Assembly (NCBI GenBank): GCA_964016885.1
Contig: OZ024744.1
Location: 24,924,001-24,988,000, forward strand
Length of the DNA stretch: 64,000 nucleotides
DNA from: Eledone cirrhosa
Taxonomy: Eukaryota
Direction: 5' to 3'
Position 1 is the first letter of the stretch. Each line of letters begins with the position of its first letter. Made by a program: the position numbers and the translations under genes. Positions 42,351-57,358 of this stretch are shown here, one piece after another. The notes below the pieces were generated by a model. It was given only the letters and a program-made list of their open reading frames with translations. It did no database searches and was not told the origin of the DNA.

Positions 42351-42743
42351 GAGCGAGAGGGAGAGAGAGAGTGAAAGGGTTCGGGACAGATATAGAGGGA
42401 GAAAGAAGAAAGCGATAGAGAGAGTGAGGGAGAAGGATAGAGAGGAGTTGTTTATGAGATAGACATGGAATATAGAGGAAATGTTTCGTTGGTTTGTGTA
42501 GGGATTCGGTGTGTATTGTTGGGAAACAGGGGATCAGAAGAAAGTGAGGGTGGAGACGACTGTCTTCAGAAGGTGAGGGTGGGGACGTCCTCAATGATTC
42601 GCCCAGAATTATATTGGCGAGCCACTTAATGTTTTAGCTTAATGCAACCAACGCATTGATTTATTTCAATAAAAACAATTATCCTCGGTCACTTAACATG
42701 GCGGAAGTCTGATGATAGAATGAAGGGAAACAATATGTGTGGT

Positions 42744-42775
<32 letters not shown>

Positions 42776-42785
42776 TGTATGTATG

Positions 42786-42836
<51 letters not shown>

Positions 42837-42843
42837 GTATGCA

Positions 42844-42909
<66 letters not shown>

Positions 42910-42988
42910 TGTATGTATGTATGTATGTATGTATGTATGTATGTATGTATGCATGTATAAATATATATATATATATATAATATATATA

Positions 42989-43024
<36 letters not shown>

Positions 43025-43587
43025 TGTATGTATGTATGTATGTATGTATGTATATATATATCATATTTATATTTTTTCCTCAGCTGCGATTGTCTGTTTC
43101 TTTCTTACTGCTTCCCCTCTCTCTGTATCTCTCACCTTCTTTTTACCCCCTCTGCCAGTCACACTCTCTCTCAGCTGGCCTCTTCCACTCACTCACTCTC
43201 TGCTACTCCCCCTCTCTCACTTCCTCCCGTTTGACCTGTGTGAAATCCTTTTCTCGCTCACATCTCACCCATGTCGGATGGTCTGTATCTTTCGTCCATG
43301 ATTTCACCAAGCTTAAGCTTATCGATATCATGTACTTGTCTCTTCCTATCTTTCCGTTGCAATACCATCATTGTTTGTTTACATGTCTCGCTCGCTTCAC
43401 TCTATTTTACTTATCACAATAACTTTATTTAGTTATTGCTCGCACCAACCAGAGGTATATGAGTTTTAAAGCGATGAAATATCAATGAAGGTTGGAATAT
43501 CACTGATGAAGGACTAATTTTATTCATATATATATATATATATTATTCAAAATTTTAACAAATGAAAAATATTTTCATAATCAAAAT

Positions 43588-43656
43588 ATATATTTTATTA
43601 TACATATTTCAAAGGTACTATGGTGTTTAAGTACGTTTTCATCAGACAAAATATAT
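43588..43656 (-). ncRNA. Type I hammerhead motif (left arm of the palindrome)
   Basis: ATATATTTTGT-CTGATGA-AAAcGTAC(TTAAACACCATA)GTACcTTT-GAAA-TATGTA-TA-ATAAAATATAT. Confidence 0.7.
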
Positions 43657-43761
43657 TATTTGTCATGTGACATACCGCCACGGTGTTCATCAAATAATTC
43701 CAGTATTGTCAATACTGGAATTGAATAATCAAAACCGTAGCGGTATGTCACATGTCAAATC

Positions 43762-43830
43762 ATATATTTTGTCTGACGAAAACGTACTTAAACACCATAG
43801 TACCTTTGAAATATGTATAATAAAATATGT
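43762..43830 (+). ncRNA. Type I hammerhead motif (right arm of the palindrome)
   Basis: CTGACGA at 43773, GAAA at 43808, AUA triplet with cleavage predicted after 43819, and an ~11-bp AT-rich stem I. Confidence 0.7.
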
Positions 43831-43974
43831 ATTTTGATTATGAGAATATTTTCCATTTGTTAAAATTTTGAATAATATTAAAAACTCCAGGAAAACTTTT
43901 TGTTGAGTGCTTCTAATCTATTGTAATATTGTATTTGTTGAGTAATCAACGAACCTTATTAATCTTTGGTTATA

Positions 43975-44040
<66 letters not shown>

Positions 44041-44203
44041 AAAGTTAAAGTGTGAAATCTAAGTTTAAATCTAGGAATTAAATATGTATCTAGAGAGGTT
44101 TTCCTTTTGATTTGTTGTATTTTCTGTGTTTACAGTAGTTACCTTCTATATGTGACATCTTTTATAGAAATTTATTAAGGACTCTCACTAAATTTATTGT
44201 TCC

Positions 44204-44238
<35 letters not shown>

Positions 44239-44682
44239 CATACATATATATACTGCATATATATATATACATACATACATATATATATATATTTATATAT
44301 ATATATATATATACAGAGAGAGAGATATGATATTGGTTTCTTATATAGGCACAAGGGCAGCAATTTGGGGGGAGGGGGAAAGTATAATATTGTTAGTATA
44401 TCTGGTGAATGTGGGGCGGGAAGTAATGAGGTGACAGATATGGCAGATGGGAGAAATTTATAAATAATTTCCTTTTAACTGTTATTTTTACTATTTTTGT
44501 TGTTGCTATAAGTTCATAGGGAGTTTGGCAAGAAGGGGCTGATAAGAACAGGGATGTTTACTCAATTTTAAGCTATGGCGGTAATATAGAGATAAAAATT
44601 GTTTAAAGAAAAAATAAGACAAACAGTTCAAACATATATACATTTGTTTGCATGTTTGTACATTTGTGTCTATTTAACCTTC

Positions 44683-44717
<35 letters not shown>

Positions 44718-44749
44718 TATATATATATATATATACATACATATATATG

Positions 44750-44895
44750 TGATGAATTAGCAGAGTTGTTAAGACATCGGATAGAATGCTTTACAGTATT
44801 CGTCCAACCTCATTGCGTGCTGTGAGTTCAAATCCCACTCAGGCCAACTTTGTTTTTCATCTTATCGATGTGGATAAAAACGTACCAGTCTACTG
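44750..44895 (+). mobile_element. Diverged SINE family 2 copy
   Basis: GAGTTCAAATCCC...AACTTTG.TTTTCATC...GATAAAAA.GTACCAGT. Confidence 0.6.
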
Positions 44896-45754
44896 CTGGT
44901 GTCGGTTCTTCCTCTATAGAAAAAATCGGTTGTGTTCAGACCTTGTTTAAAAGTGTCCTTGACACGCCATATGACGGTGCTTCTACGTCTCCACAAGGAG
45001 TTAGGGGATCTTTATCATTAAAAAAAATATATATATGTGTGTGTGTGTGTGTGAGGCGAGGACTCGTTTCCACGAAGATAAAACGGGTACGAAATAAAAT
45101 ATAAAAGTAGTAGTAGAAGGGAGAGGAGGTGGGAGTAGGAGGAGGAGGTGGGAGGAGGAGGAGGAGGGTGTGGTCGTTGTGATGAGGGTGTGTGAAGGGG
45201 AAGGAAAGAAAGAAGAAGGAGAGGAAGAGAGATGGGTTAAAAGCGAGGTGGGTGGAAGCAGTCACTGTTTTTGTTTAAAGACCGGGGGGAGGGGGTGAAA
45301 AGGAAAGGGAAAAAAACCGTTAAATATGATGTGTTAACAACAACAACGACAACAGCTTAAGAACAATAACAACGACAGCAGCTTAAGAACAATAACAACG
45401 ACAGCAGCTTAAGAACAATAACAACAACCAGAACAACAATATAATATATACACACATTATAATATAGATATACCTATATATATATATATATATACATATA
45501 TACATATATGATTAGTCTTGAATTATTTATTTTAATTAAAATCTAATTAAAATGTTTGGGAACAAAATTTTAGAAAACTTTTAGAAAAATTTTAGAAAAA
45601 TTTTAGAAAACTTTTACAGAATAAAAAAATCATAATTAAAAAAAAAAATGTTTAAATGAAATAAATTAATAATAATAATAAATTAATAATAAATTAATAA
45701 TAATTTTAAAAGAGTTTAGGATAGTGGAAAAATAACAGCAAGGAATACAAATAT

Positions 45755-46450
45755 ATACAACAACAACAACAACAACAGTAACAACAACAACAGTAACAAC
45801 AACAACAGTAACAACTACAACAGTAAAAACATCAACAACAACAGTAACAACAACAGCAACAACAACAACAGTAACAACATCAAATACAACAACAACAACA
45901 AAGTTAAAAGAAAGACAGTGATAGGTGAGGGGCATTGGCGTTACAAAGGGTTAATATGATGGTGATGATTGTGATAGTAGTAGTGGTGGTAGTGGTGGTG
46001 GTGATGATTGTGGTAGTCGTGGCGGCGGTGGTGGTTGTGGTGGTGGTAGTATTGGTAGTAGTGGTGGTAGTGGTGGTAATGGTGGTAGTGGTTGTGGTGG
46101 TGGTGGTAGTGGTGGCGGTAGTGGTGTGGTGGTTGTGGTAGTAGTAGCGGTGGTAGTGGTGGTGGTGCTGGTAGTAGTAGTGGTGGTAGTGGTTGTGGTG
46201 GTGGTGGTAGTGGTGGTGGTGGTAGTGGTGGCGGCGGCGGAGGCGGCGTTGGTGGTAGTGGTGGGCATGTTGGTGATGATGATTGAGATAGTAGTAGTGG
46301 TGGTGGTGGTGGTGGCGGTGGCGGTGGCGGTGGCGGCGTTGGTGGTAGTAGTGGTCGTGGTGGAGGCGGTGGTGGCGGCGGCAGCGTTGTTGGTAGTAGT
46401 GGTGGTGGTGGTGGGTATGGTGTTCATGGTGGTTGTGATTGTGATGTTGA
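45755..46450. repeat. (AAC)n followed by (GGT/AGT/GGC)n triplet arrays
   Basis: Direct periodicity. Confidence 0.93.
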
Positions 46451-46618
46451 TCGTTAGTAATCTTAAGAAACTGTTGCTGCAATTGTATTCATTAGTGATA
46501 CTGCTGCAGCAGTTATTGTTGCAGTCAATTTCATGGTTGTTGTTGATGTTATTCACCTCACAATAATTGATTTTTAATTATTTCTGTATTTACCTTACTT
46601 TTATATATATATATATTG

Positions 46619-46782
<164 letters not shown>

Positions 46783-46844
46783 ATATATATATATATATAT
46801 TGTTATATATATATATATATTGTTATATATATATATATATATTG

Positions 46845-46896
<52 letters not shown>

Positions 46897-47674
46897 TTAT
46901 ATACATATATATAACTATATATATATATAATGAGTGTGTGTGTGTGTGTGTGTAGGCACCCAATTAAGTTAAAACATTGGTAATCTACGACGAATTTTTT
47001 TTATAAGCAGAAAATGTAGACACCATCCCCAGTCCGAGGTATTCCGTACTTCTCTGTACTGTTTCAGAAAGGAGGGATAAACATGGCAATCTATGTTTAG
47101 AATCCCGAGCAACGCCGGGCCATTCTGCTAGTATATATTAAAAACCCCCAAAAAAAGAACTAAGATTTTTTTGTGTCTAATATTTCGTTGTTGTTGTAAT
47201 CAAAGCTGTTCATATTATTGTTGTGGTTATTGTTGTAAATATTGTAGTTGTTGTTGATGTTGTTGAATACATAGCAACATTTTATTTTATTTTATTTTAT
47301 TGTCTTTATAGTCAATGGTTATGTTTACTATTGTCTTAAGATTGTTGTTGTTGTTGTTGTTGTCGCCACTGTTGTTGTTGATGTTGTTGTTGTTGTACCG
47401 GTGGTTGTGTTTAATCATTCCTTATCCAATTGGTTTATTGAATTGAATTTTAATTATTGTCTTGCTTTAGTTATAACCCTTGCAACTCTTTTAAACTTAC
47501 CCCCCCCCCTCCTCTCTTTCTCTGTATATGTTTGTATGTGTATATATGTGTGTGTGTATTTCATGAGGAAATTAAATACAGACATCCCGCATACATACAC
47601 ATACACATACATACATACATACATACATACATACATACATACATACATACATACATACATACATACATACATAC

Positions 47675-47923
47675 ATGGTGGCTGCAAACTCGTTTTCGAG
47701 TACGGCCATTACATTATATCCATGTAGGAGAACTCCTACCGATGTGCTGAACGAGTGTGACTTTTTAGTCCAGCCAACGACTTGAAAACTCTGGTACAAA
47801 CACTACACTTGTGGCAATTACTGACACATAGTGCTGGGCCCATGGTACCATGGGACGACAAGTGCAGAGAGATCTCCAGATATAAAGCAATGCCTGTGCC
47901 GTGAAGCTTTTATAGTGAGCAAA
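47675..47923 (-). mobile_element. RTE-derived non-autonomous element, 5'-truncated, inside (TACA)n
   Basis: Matches 10837-11083, with (CATA)n on both sides. Confidence 0.88.
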
Positions 47924-47979
47924 CATACATACATATACATACATACATACATACATACATACATACATACATACATACA

Positions 47980-48015
<36 letters not shown>

Positions 48016-48277
48016 TTCATACACACACATATATATACACACACACACATATATATATACACACACATATATATATACATGCATTACATAGTTGGTGTCT
48101 TTATTACAAATACATTTATTATGTAAGTAAGTATGTATGTAAATATATTACACAAACACACACACACAAACACATGCAAACACACACACACACACATACA
48201 CACAGTATGACATATAGATATATCTGTGTGTATCTGGGCATATTACACACACACACATACATACACACACAGAGAGA

Positions 48278-48330
<53 letters not shown>

Positions 48331-48367
48331 GCACACACACACATGTCGGTATATATTATTATTTTGC

Positions 48368-48460
48368 AGAGGTTAACTTTGCCTTCCATCCTTACGGGGT
48401 CGATAAAATAAAGTACCAGTAATACACTGGGTATTTGCTGGCCTTGTGCTAAAAGAAGAA
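48368..48460 (+). mobile_element. SINE family 2, 3' half
   Basis: GAGGTTAACTTTGCCTTCCATCCTTACGGGGTCGATAAAATAAAGTACCAG...GGCCTTGTGC. Confidence 0.85.
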
Positions 48461-48624
48461 ATATTTATTATTTTGCCAATAATTTATTTATTATAAGTTG
48501 TTATTGCACTTCTCGTTGTTGTTGTTGTTTACTTAATTTAGGGTGTGTTTTGAGCGTGGTTTGGCTACTATTTCTAGTACTATTTAGTGACACCGTCATA
48601 GACCAGGTGGCGTGTTGACGATGG

Positions 48625-49328
48625 TAGTAACTATCGTGGTGGTGGTGATGGTGGTACTGGTGGTGGTGGTGGTGGTGGTAGTCGTGGTGGTGCTGGTAGT
48701 GGTGGTGGTGGTGGTAGTCGTGGTTGTGGTGGTGGTGGCATCGTGGTGGTAGTGGTGGTGGTACTGCTGGTGGTAGTCGTGGTGGTAGTCGTGGTGGTGC
48801 TGGTAGTGGTGGTAGTGGTGGTGGTGGTGGTATCGTGGTGGTGGTGGTGGTGATGGTGGTACTGGTGGTGGTGGTGGTGGTAGTCGTGGTGGTGCTGGTG
48901 GTGGTGGTGGTGGTGGTAGTCGTGGTGGTGGTGGTGGTGGTATCGTGGTAGTGGTGGTGGTGGTGGTGGTAGTCTTGGTGGTGGTGGTGGTAGTTGTGGT
49001 GGTGGTAGTGGTGGTGGTGGTGGTAGTCGTGGTGGTGGTAGTGGTGGTGGTGGTGGTGGTGGTGGTAGTAGTCGTGGTGGTGGTGGTAGTCGTGGTGGTG
49101 GTAGTGGTGGTGGTGGTGGTGGTGGTGGTGGTGGTGGTGGTAGTCGTTGTGGTGGTGGTAGTGGTGGTGTTGATGGTCGTGGTGGTGGTCGTGGTGTTGG
49201 TGGTCGGGGTGGTGGTGGTGGTGGTGGTGGTAGTCGTAGTGGTGGCGGTGGTGGTAGTCGTTGTGGTGGTGGTAGTGGTCGTGGTGGTGGTCGTGGTGTT
49301 GGTGGTAGTGGTGGAGGTGGTAGTGGTG
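48625..49328. repeat. (GGT)n-based triplet array
   Basis: Direct periodicity. Confidence 0.95.
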
Positions 49329-49507
49329 AGTGTGTGTATGTGTCTGTGTGTGTGTGTGTGTCTGTGTGTGTGTTGTCTTCTTCCATTTCTTGTAGTAGTC
49401 TGTGTGATGAGTTGTTAGTAGGAGACAGTAGAGATGTGATTGTCGATAGTCAGTCACCATTGTTCTCTGTCCACAGTTGACAGCAGCTGGGTTGAATCAA
49501 CAACCAG

Positions 49508-49645
49508 AGAGGGCATGTCGTAGATACATGTTAGAAATAGCAGCTACATCTCAAAGAGGGCATGTCGTAGATACATGCTAGAAATAGCAGCTACATCTCA
49601 GAAAGGGGATGTCGTAGATACATGCTAGAAATAACAGCGACATCT
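49508..49645. repeat. 47-bp tandem repeat, 3 copies
   Basis: ATGTCGTAGATACATG(T/C)TAGAAATA at 49515, 49562 and 49609. Confidence 0.92.
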
Positions 49646-50334
49646 AACACAGCTACTGAGTGACGTCTGGCTAGTCTTTCTAGAAAAAAACACATCGATC
49701 TATACTTTGATACATACATTCTCTGCTGGTTCAATGATCGTTAAGCATTCTGTCGTTCGATCAACTGAAAGTCCGACTTGTTAAACTAACGTGTAAACGT
49801 TTAATTAGTCGAGTATTCCGCAGCGAAGGACATAATGTAATTTTCTGGCAGACTCAGCATAATATAATATACGGCAAGGTTGGAACCTTGGATTACACAG
49901 TAGAGTCCATTTTGTAGTATATTCTAAATGGAAGAATATTCCATAAACATCTCTACCTTTAATGTAATTCTCTGCCAGAGAATCACAGTACACACGGTGT
50001 CTGACAAAGCTGAATTAAAGGTAGAGTTGTTCAAACATCGGGCTTCTACACAGCTTCAGTCAACCCGATTTCACTCATTAGGTTAGGGTCGAGCAATGGA
50101 TATGGTAATGACATTTTTTCCTAACATATCATGCGGTATGATCGAATGGAGGGCCCCATGACAGTATCTTCTTGGCCACCCATGTCTGGTCGAGCCTAAA
50201 ATAATAATAGTATGGGTCGGTCACAAATGGAATATCTTTGATCATATCGTTGTTCTATCAGGGTTGGTCTAAGGCTAAATAGGAAGTGTAACATTTATCA
50301 CTAAAATCTCCCTCCTCCTCCCCCATCTCCTCCT

Positions 50335-53300
50335 CATCATCATCATCATCAACATCATCATACTCATCACAATCATCATCAACAACACAATAATCATCAT
50401 CATCACCACCACCACAAACATCATCATCATAATAATCACAGTCATCTTCAACAACAACAACACCAACAGCACCACCAACACCACCAACACCAGCAACAGC
50501 ACCAACAACGCCACCAACAGCACCAACAACGACACCACCAACACCACCAACACCACCAACAGCACCAACAACAACACCACCAACACCACCAACACCACCA
50601 ACAGCACCAACAACAACACCACCAACACTACCAACAACACCACCAACACCACCAACACCACCACCAACAGCACCAACAACAACACCACCAACACCAACAA
50701 AAACACCAACGGCACCAACAACAACACCACCAACACCACCAACAGCACTAACAACAACACCACCAACACCACCAACACCACCAACGGCACCAACAACAAC
50801 ACCACCAACACCACCAACAGCACTAACAACAACACCACCAACACCACCAACACCACCAACAACACCACCAACAACACCACCAACACCACCAACAGCACCA
50901 ACAACAACACCACCAACACCAACAACACCACCAACACCACCAACAACACTACCAAGCACCAACAAAACCACCACCACCACCACCAACAGCACCAACAAAA
51001 ACACCACCAGCACCACCAACAAGACCACCAACACCATCACCACCAAGAACACAACCAACACCACCAACAGCACCAACAACAACACCACCAACACCACCAA
51101 CACCACCAACAACACCACCAACACCACCAACACCACCAACACCATCACCACCACCACCACCAACACCAACAACACCAACACCAACACCACCACCACCACC
51201 ACCAACACCAACAACACCAACACCAACACCAACACCACCACCAACACCACCAACAGCACCACCAACACCACCACCACCAACACCACCAACAGCACCAACA
51301 ACGCCACCAACAGCACCAACAACAACACCACCAACACCACCAACACCACCAACGGCACCAACAACAACACCACCAACACCACCAACACCACCAACAGCAC
51401 CAACAACAACACCACCAACACTACCACCAACACCACCAACACCACCACCAACACCACCAACAGCACCAACAACAACACCACCAACACCAACAACACCACC
51501 AACACCACCAACAACACTACCAAGCACCAACAAAACCACCAACAACACCACCAACAACACTACCAAGCACCAACAAAACCACCAAGAACACAACCAACAC
51601 CACCAACACCACCAACACCATCACCACCACCACCACCAACACCAACAACACCAACACCAACACCACCACCACCACCACCAACACCAACAACACCAACACC
51701 AACACCAACACCACCACCAACACCACCAACAGCACCACCAACAACACCACCAACAACACCACCAACAGCACCAACAGCACCAACAAAACCACCACCAACA
51801 CCATCACCAACACCAACAACACAACCAACACCACCACCAACACCACCAACAACACCACCAACAACACAACAACACCACCAACAACACCAACAACAACACC
51901 ACCAACACCACCAAAAACACCACCAACAACACCGACACCACCACCAACAACACCACCAACAACGACACCACCAACACCACCAACACAAACAACAACATCA
52001 CTAACAGCACCAACAGCACCACCAGCACCACCAACAACACCACCACACAGACCAGCAACACCACCAAAAACCACCAACACAACCAACAACACCACCAACA
52101 CCACCACCACCCCAACATCGACACTACCAACACAACCAACAGCACCACCAACACCAACAACACCAACACAACACCACCACCAACAACAACACCACCACCA
52201 ACATCACCAACACCACCAACAACACCACCAACAACATCACTACCAGCAACACCACCAACACCACCACCAACACCACTACCAACAACACCCAACACCACCA
52301 CCACCAACAGCACCAACAACACCACCAACAACACCACTACCACCAACACCACAAACACCACCACCAACAACACCAACAACACCACCAACAACACCACCAA
52401 CACCACCAATAGCACCAACAAAACCAACACCAACACCACCACCAACACCAACAACACCACCAACAGCACCAACAACACCACCAACACCACCAAGACAACC
52501 AACAACACCACCACCAACACCACCAACAACACCACCAACAACACCAGCAACACCAACAACAGCACTAACAACACCACCAACAACACCACCAACAACACCT
52601 CCAACACCACCACCAACACCACCAACACCACCAACACCACCAACAGCACCAGCAACACAAACAACACCACCAACAACACCACCAACACCACCAGCAACAC
52701 CACCAACAGCAACACCACCAACAGCAACAACAACACCAACAACACCACCACCAACACCACCAACAACGCCACCAACAACACCAACACCAGCAACACCACC
52801 AACAGCAACAACAACACCAACAACACCACCACCAACACCACCAACAACGCCACCAACAACACCAACACCACCACCAACAACGACACCACCAACACCACCA
52901 ACACAAACAACAACAACACCAACAGCACCAACAGCACCACCAACACCACCAACAACACCACCACCAAAAACCACCAACAACACCAGCAACACCACCAACA
53001 GCAACAACAACACCAACAACACCACCACCAACACCACCAAAAACACAACCAACAACACCAACAACACCACCAACAACGACACCACCAACACCACCAACAC
53101 AAACAACAACAACACCAACAGCACCAACAGCACCACCAACACCACCAACAACACCACCACCAAAAACCACCAACAACACCAACACAACACCACCAACAAC
53201 AACAACACCACCACCAACACCACCAACAGCACCAACAACACCACCAACAACACCACCAACAACACCACCAACACCACAAACACCACCACCAACAACACCA

Positions 53301-55552
53301 ACAACACCACCAACACCACCAACAACGCCAACAACACCACCACCACCCCACCACCAACAACACCACCAACACCACCACCACCCAACCACCAACACCACCA
53401 ACACCACCAACATCACCACCAACAACACCACTACCAACAACACCACAAACACCACCACCAACACCACCAACAACACCACCAACACCACCAACAACACCAA
53501 TAACACCACCAACAACACCACCAACAGCACCACCACCACCACCACCCCACCACCAACACCACAACCAACAACACCACCAACACCACCAACAAAACCAACA
53601 CCACCACCAACACCACCACCAACAACACCAACACCAGCACCAACAACACCAACAGCACCAATAACACCACCAACATCACCAACACCACCAACAACACCAC
53701 CAACAACAACACAAACAGCACCAACAACACCACCAACAACACCACCAACACCACCAACAACACCACCGACAGCACCAACAACACCAACACCACCAACAAC
53801 ACCACCAACAGCACCAACACCACCAACAGCACCAACAACACCACCAACAACATCACCAACACCACCAACAACACCACCAACACCACCAACAACACCACCG
53901 ACAGCACCAACAACACCAACACCACCAACAACACCACCAACAGCACCAACAACACCAACAGCACCAACAACACCACCAACAACACCACCAACACCACCAA
54001 CAACACCACCGACAGCACCAACAACACCAACACCACCAACAACACCACCAACAGCACCAACACCACCAACAGCACCAACAACACCACCAACAACACCACC
54101 AACAACACCACCAACAACACCACCAACACCACCAACACCACCAACAACACCAACAACACCACCAACAACACCAACAACACCACCAACAACACCACCAACA
54201 ACACCACCAACAGCACCAACAACACCAACAGCACCAACAAGACCACCAACACCACCAACAACACCAACAACACCACCAACAACACCACCAACAACACCAC
54301 CAACAGCACCAACAACACCAACACCACCAACAACACCACCAACAGCACCAACACCACCAACAGCACCAACAACACCACCAACAACACCACCAACAACACC
54401 ACCAACAACACCACCAACACCACCAACACCACCAACAACACCAACAACACCACCAACAACACCAACAACACCACCAACAACACCACCAACAACACCACCA
54501 ACAGCACCAACAACACCTACACCACCAACAACACCAACAAACCACCAACATCACCACCAACACCACCAACAGCACCAACAACACCACCAACACCACCAAC
54601 AACACCACCAACACCACCAACAACACCAACAACACCACCACCAACACCAACAACACCAACAGCACCAACAACACCACCAACAACACCACCAACACCACCA
54701 ACAACACCACCAACAGCACCAACACCACCAACACACCCCACCACCACCAACACCACCAACACCACCAGCATCACCACCACCAACACCACAACACCACCAA
54801 AACCACCACCAACACCTCCAACACCACCACCACCAACACCAACAACACCGCCAACACCACTACCACCAACACCAATACCAACAACACCACCACCACCAAC
54901 AACAACACCACCAACACCACCAACACCAACACCACCACCAACACCACCACCAACACCACCAACAACACCACCAACACCACCAACACCACCAACAACACCA
55001 CCACCAACAACAACAACACGAACACCACCAACACCACCACCAACACCACCTACACCACCACCACCACCAACACCACCTCCAACACCACCAACAACAGCAA
55101 CAACACCACCAACAACACAACAACCACCACCAACACTACCAACCACCACACCAACAACACCACCTCCACCAGCAACACCACCAACAACAACACCAAGACC
55201 ACCCACACCACCAATAACACCAAAAACACCACCACCACCACCACCAACACCACCACCAACAACAACACCCCCCACCCCCCACCACCACCACCACCAACAC
55301 CACCAACACCACCAACAACAACACCAACAACACCAACAAGACCACCACCACCACCTCCACCAACACCACCACCAACAACAACACCACCACCACCACCACC
55401 AACACCACCAACAACAACACTAAGACCACCAAGACCACCAACAAATACCACCAACACCACCACCACCAACAACAACAACACCAACACCACCACCACCAAC
55501 AACAACACCACCACCAACATCACCAGCACCAACAACACCACTAACAACACCG
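50335..55552. repeat. ~5.2-kb (CAC/CAA)n triplet satellite with 9/12-mer substructure
   Basis: Almost only A and C; CACCACCAA and CAACACCACCAA motifs. Confidence 0.98.
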
Positions 55553-55679
55553 TCATGATAACATCGACAACAAACATTATATACATACATACGCATACAC
55601 ATATGTATATATATTTATGTGTGTATACATACATATATACATACATACATACAAGCATACATATACATACATATATACA

Positions 55680-56139
55680 TGATGGCTACCCCCTCGTTAT
55701 CGAGTATGGCCATTACACGATATACCATTATTAATAATTATTAATTAATTCTATAGTGCAATAGCTCGAAAAGAAGAAAAGATCGACATCATCGGTAACT
55801 ACTGAGCCACATGTTTTATATCGGAGTTATCCCAGTTTCCTCAGTTGCCTTCTCCTAGAAGAATGCCCTGACAAAGGCTAGGCGTTTGTCACTCCCAGTG
55901 GTCTAACTGTGCGGTACATGTTTATATACATATTTACACACTTTCCGATGGTCGTTGACTCTTATGAGCTCTTCGCCCTTTGTCAGGTTTTGTTTTTTGT
56001 CCAGCAGGGTGTCCAAAATCCCCCTCCTTGCCAAGTAAGCATGGTGGGGTTGCCGGTTTAGTCGCCGACGACCCGACCATGCGACAGGTTGTACTGGGTT
56101 ACATGTTACCAGTAGCACTTAAGAGTAACCCGACATGGC
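55680..56139 (-). mobile_element. RTE-derived element subfamily 2, internally deleted, retaining the longest 5' end
   Basis: The 3' part matches 29068-29329. The 5' part (55945-56139) is homologous to 11255-11423 and extends further. Confidence 0.78.
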
Positions 56140-56179
56140 ATATATACATACATATATACATACATACGTACATACATAT

Positions 56180-56640
56180 ATGGTGGCTGCCAACTCGTTT
56201 TCGAGTACGGCCACTACTTTATATCCATGTAGGAGAACCCCTACCGATGTGCTGAACGAGTGTGACTTTTTAGTCCAGCCAGCGACTTGAAAACTCTGGT
56301 ACAAACACTACACTTGTGACAATTATTGACACATAGTGCTGGGCCCATGGTACCATGTGAGGACAAGTGCAGAGAGATCTCCAGATATAAAGCAATGCCT
56401 GTGCCGTGAAGATTTTATAGTGAGCAAAGGCACTGCACAAAGCCAGTCCCACTCTCTTAACCAAGATGATATTTACCAAAAAGAATAACAAGTCAACATC
56501 ATTGGATACCATCAGGGTTGCAGGTGTTAAATCAGAGATTTCCCACTCCTAGAATTCTGCCTTGACAAAGGCTAAGGGGTCATCTCTCCCGGTGATTTTG
56601 GGTGGCCATTGACTCTTAAGAGCTCCTTTGCCCTTTGACA
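56180..56640 (-). mobile_element. RTE-derived element subfamily 1
   Basis: Matches 10837-11297; flanked by CATA/TA repeats. Confidence 0.9.
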
Positions 56641-56734
56641 TATATACATCATACATACATACATACATACATACATACATACATACATACATACATACAT
56701 ACATACATACATACATACATACATACATACATAC

Positions 56735-57148
56735 ATGGTGGCTGCCAACTAGTTTTCGAGTACGGCCACTACTTTATATCCATGTAGGAGAACCCCTACC
56801 GATGTGCTGAACGAGCGTTACTTTTTAGTCCAGCCAGCGACTTGAAAACTCTGGTACAAACACTACACTTGTGACAATTATTGACACATAGTGCTGGGCC
56901 CAAGGTACCATCTGATGACAAGTGCAGAGAGATCTCCAGATATAAAGCAATGCCTGTGCTGTGAAGCTTTTATAGTGGGCAAAGGCACTGCACTAAGCCA
57001 GTCCCACTCTCTTATCCAAGATGATATTTACCAAAAAGAAGAACAAGTCAACATCATTGGATACCATCAGGGTTGCAGGTGTTATATCAGAGTTTTCCTT
57101 CTCCTAGAATCCTGCCTTGACAAAGGCTAAGGGGTCATCTCTCCCGGA
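56735..57148 (-). mobile_element. RTE-derived element subfamily 1
   Basis: Matches 10837-11247, with (CATA)n on both sides. Confidence 0.9.
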
Positions 57149-57234
57149 TATACATACATTCATACATACATACATACATACATACATACATACATACATA
57201 CATACATACATACATACATACATACATCATATAT

Positions 57235-57358
<124 letters not shown>

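Larger units (their letters stand above)
43541..43877. repeat. ~337-bp imperfect palindrome centred at 43709
   Basis: The arms are reverse complements with scattered mismatches; the centre is AATTCCAGTATTG-T-CAATACTGGAATT. Confidence 0.95.

Noticed and set aside
42709-42735. CTGATGA...GAAAC hammerhead-like words (also CTGATGA at ~5206 and ~43503)
   Set aside because: No stem II or stem I pairing, so these are chance matches or fragments.
50258-55658. Many poly-V/G/W ORFs
   Set aside because: CAC/CAA satellite with frequent frame slips.
55945-56139. HDV-like ribozyme at the 5' end of the RTE-derived element
   Set aside because: Such ribozymes are known in some RTEs, but I could not fit P1/P1.1/P3/L3 by eye. 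The copy may be truncated, and a descriptor search is needed.
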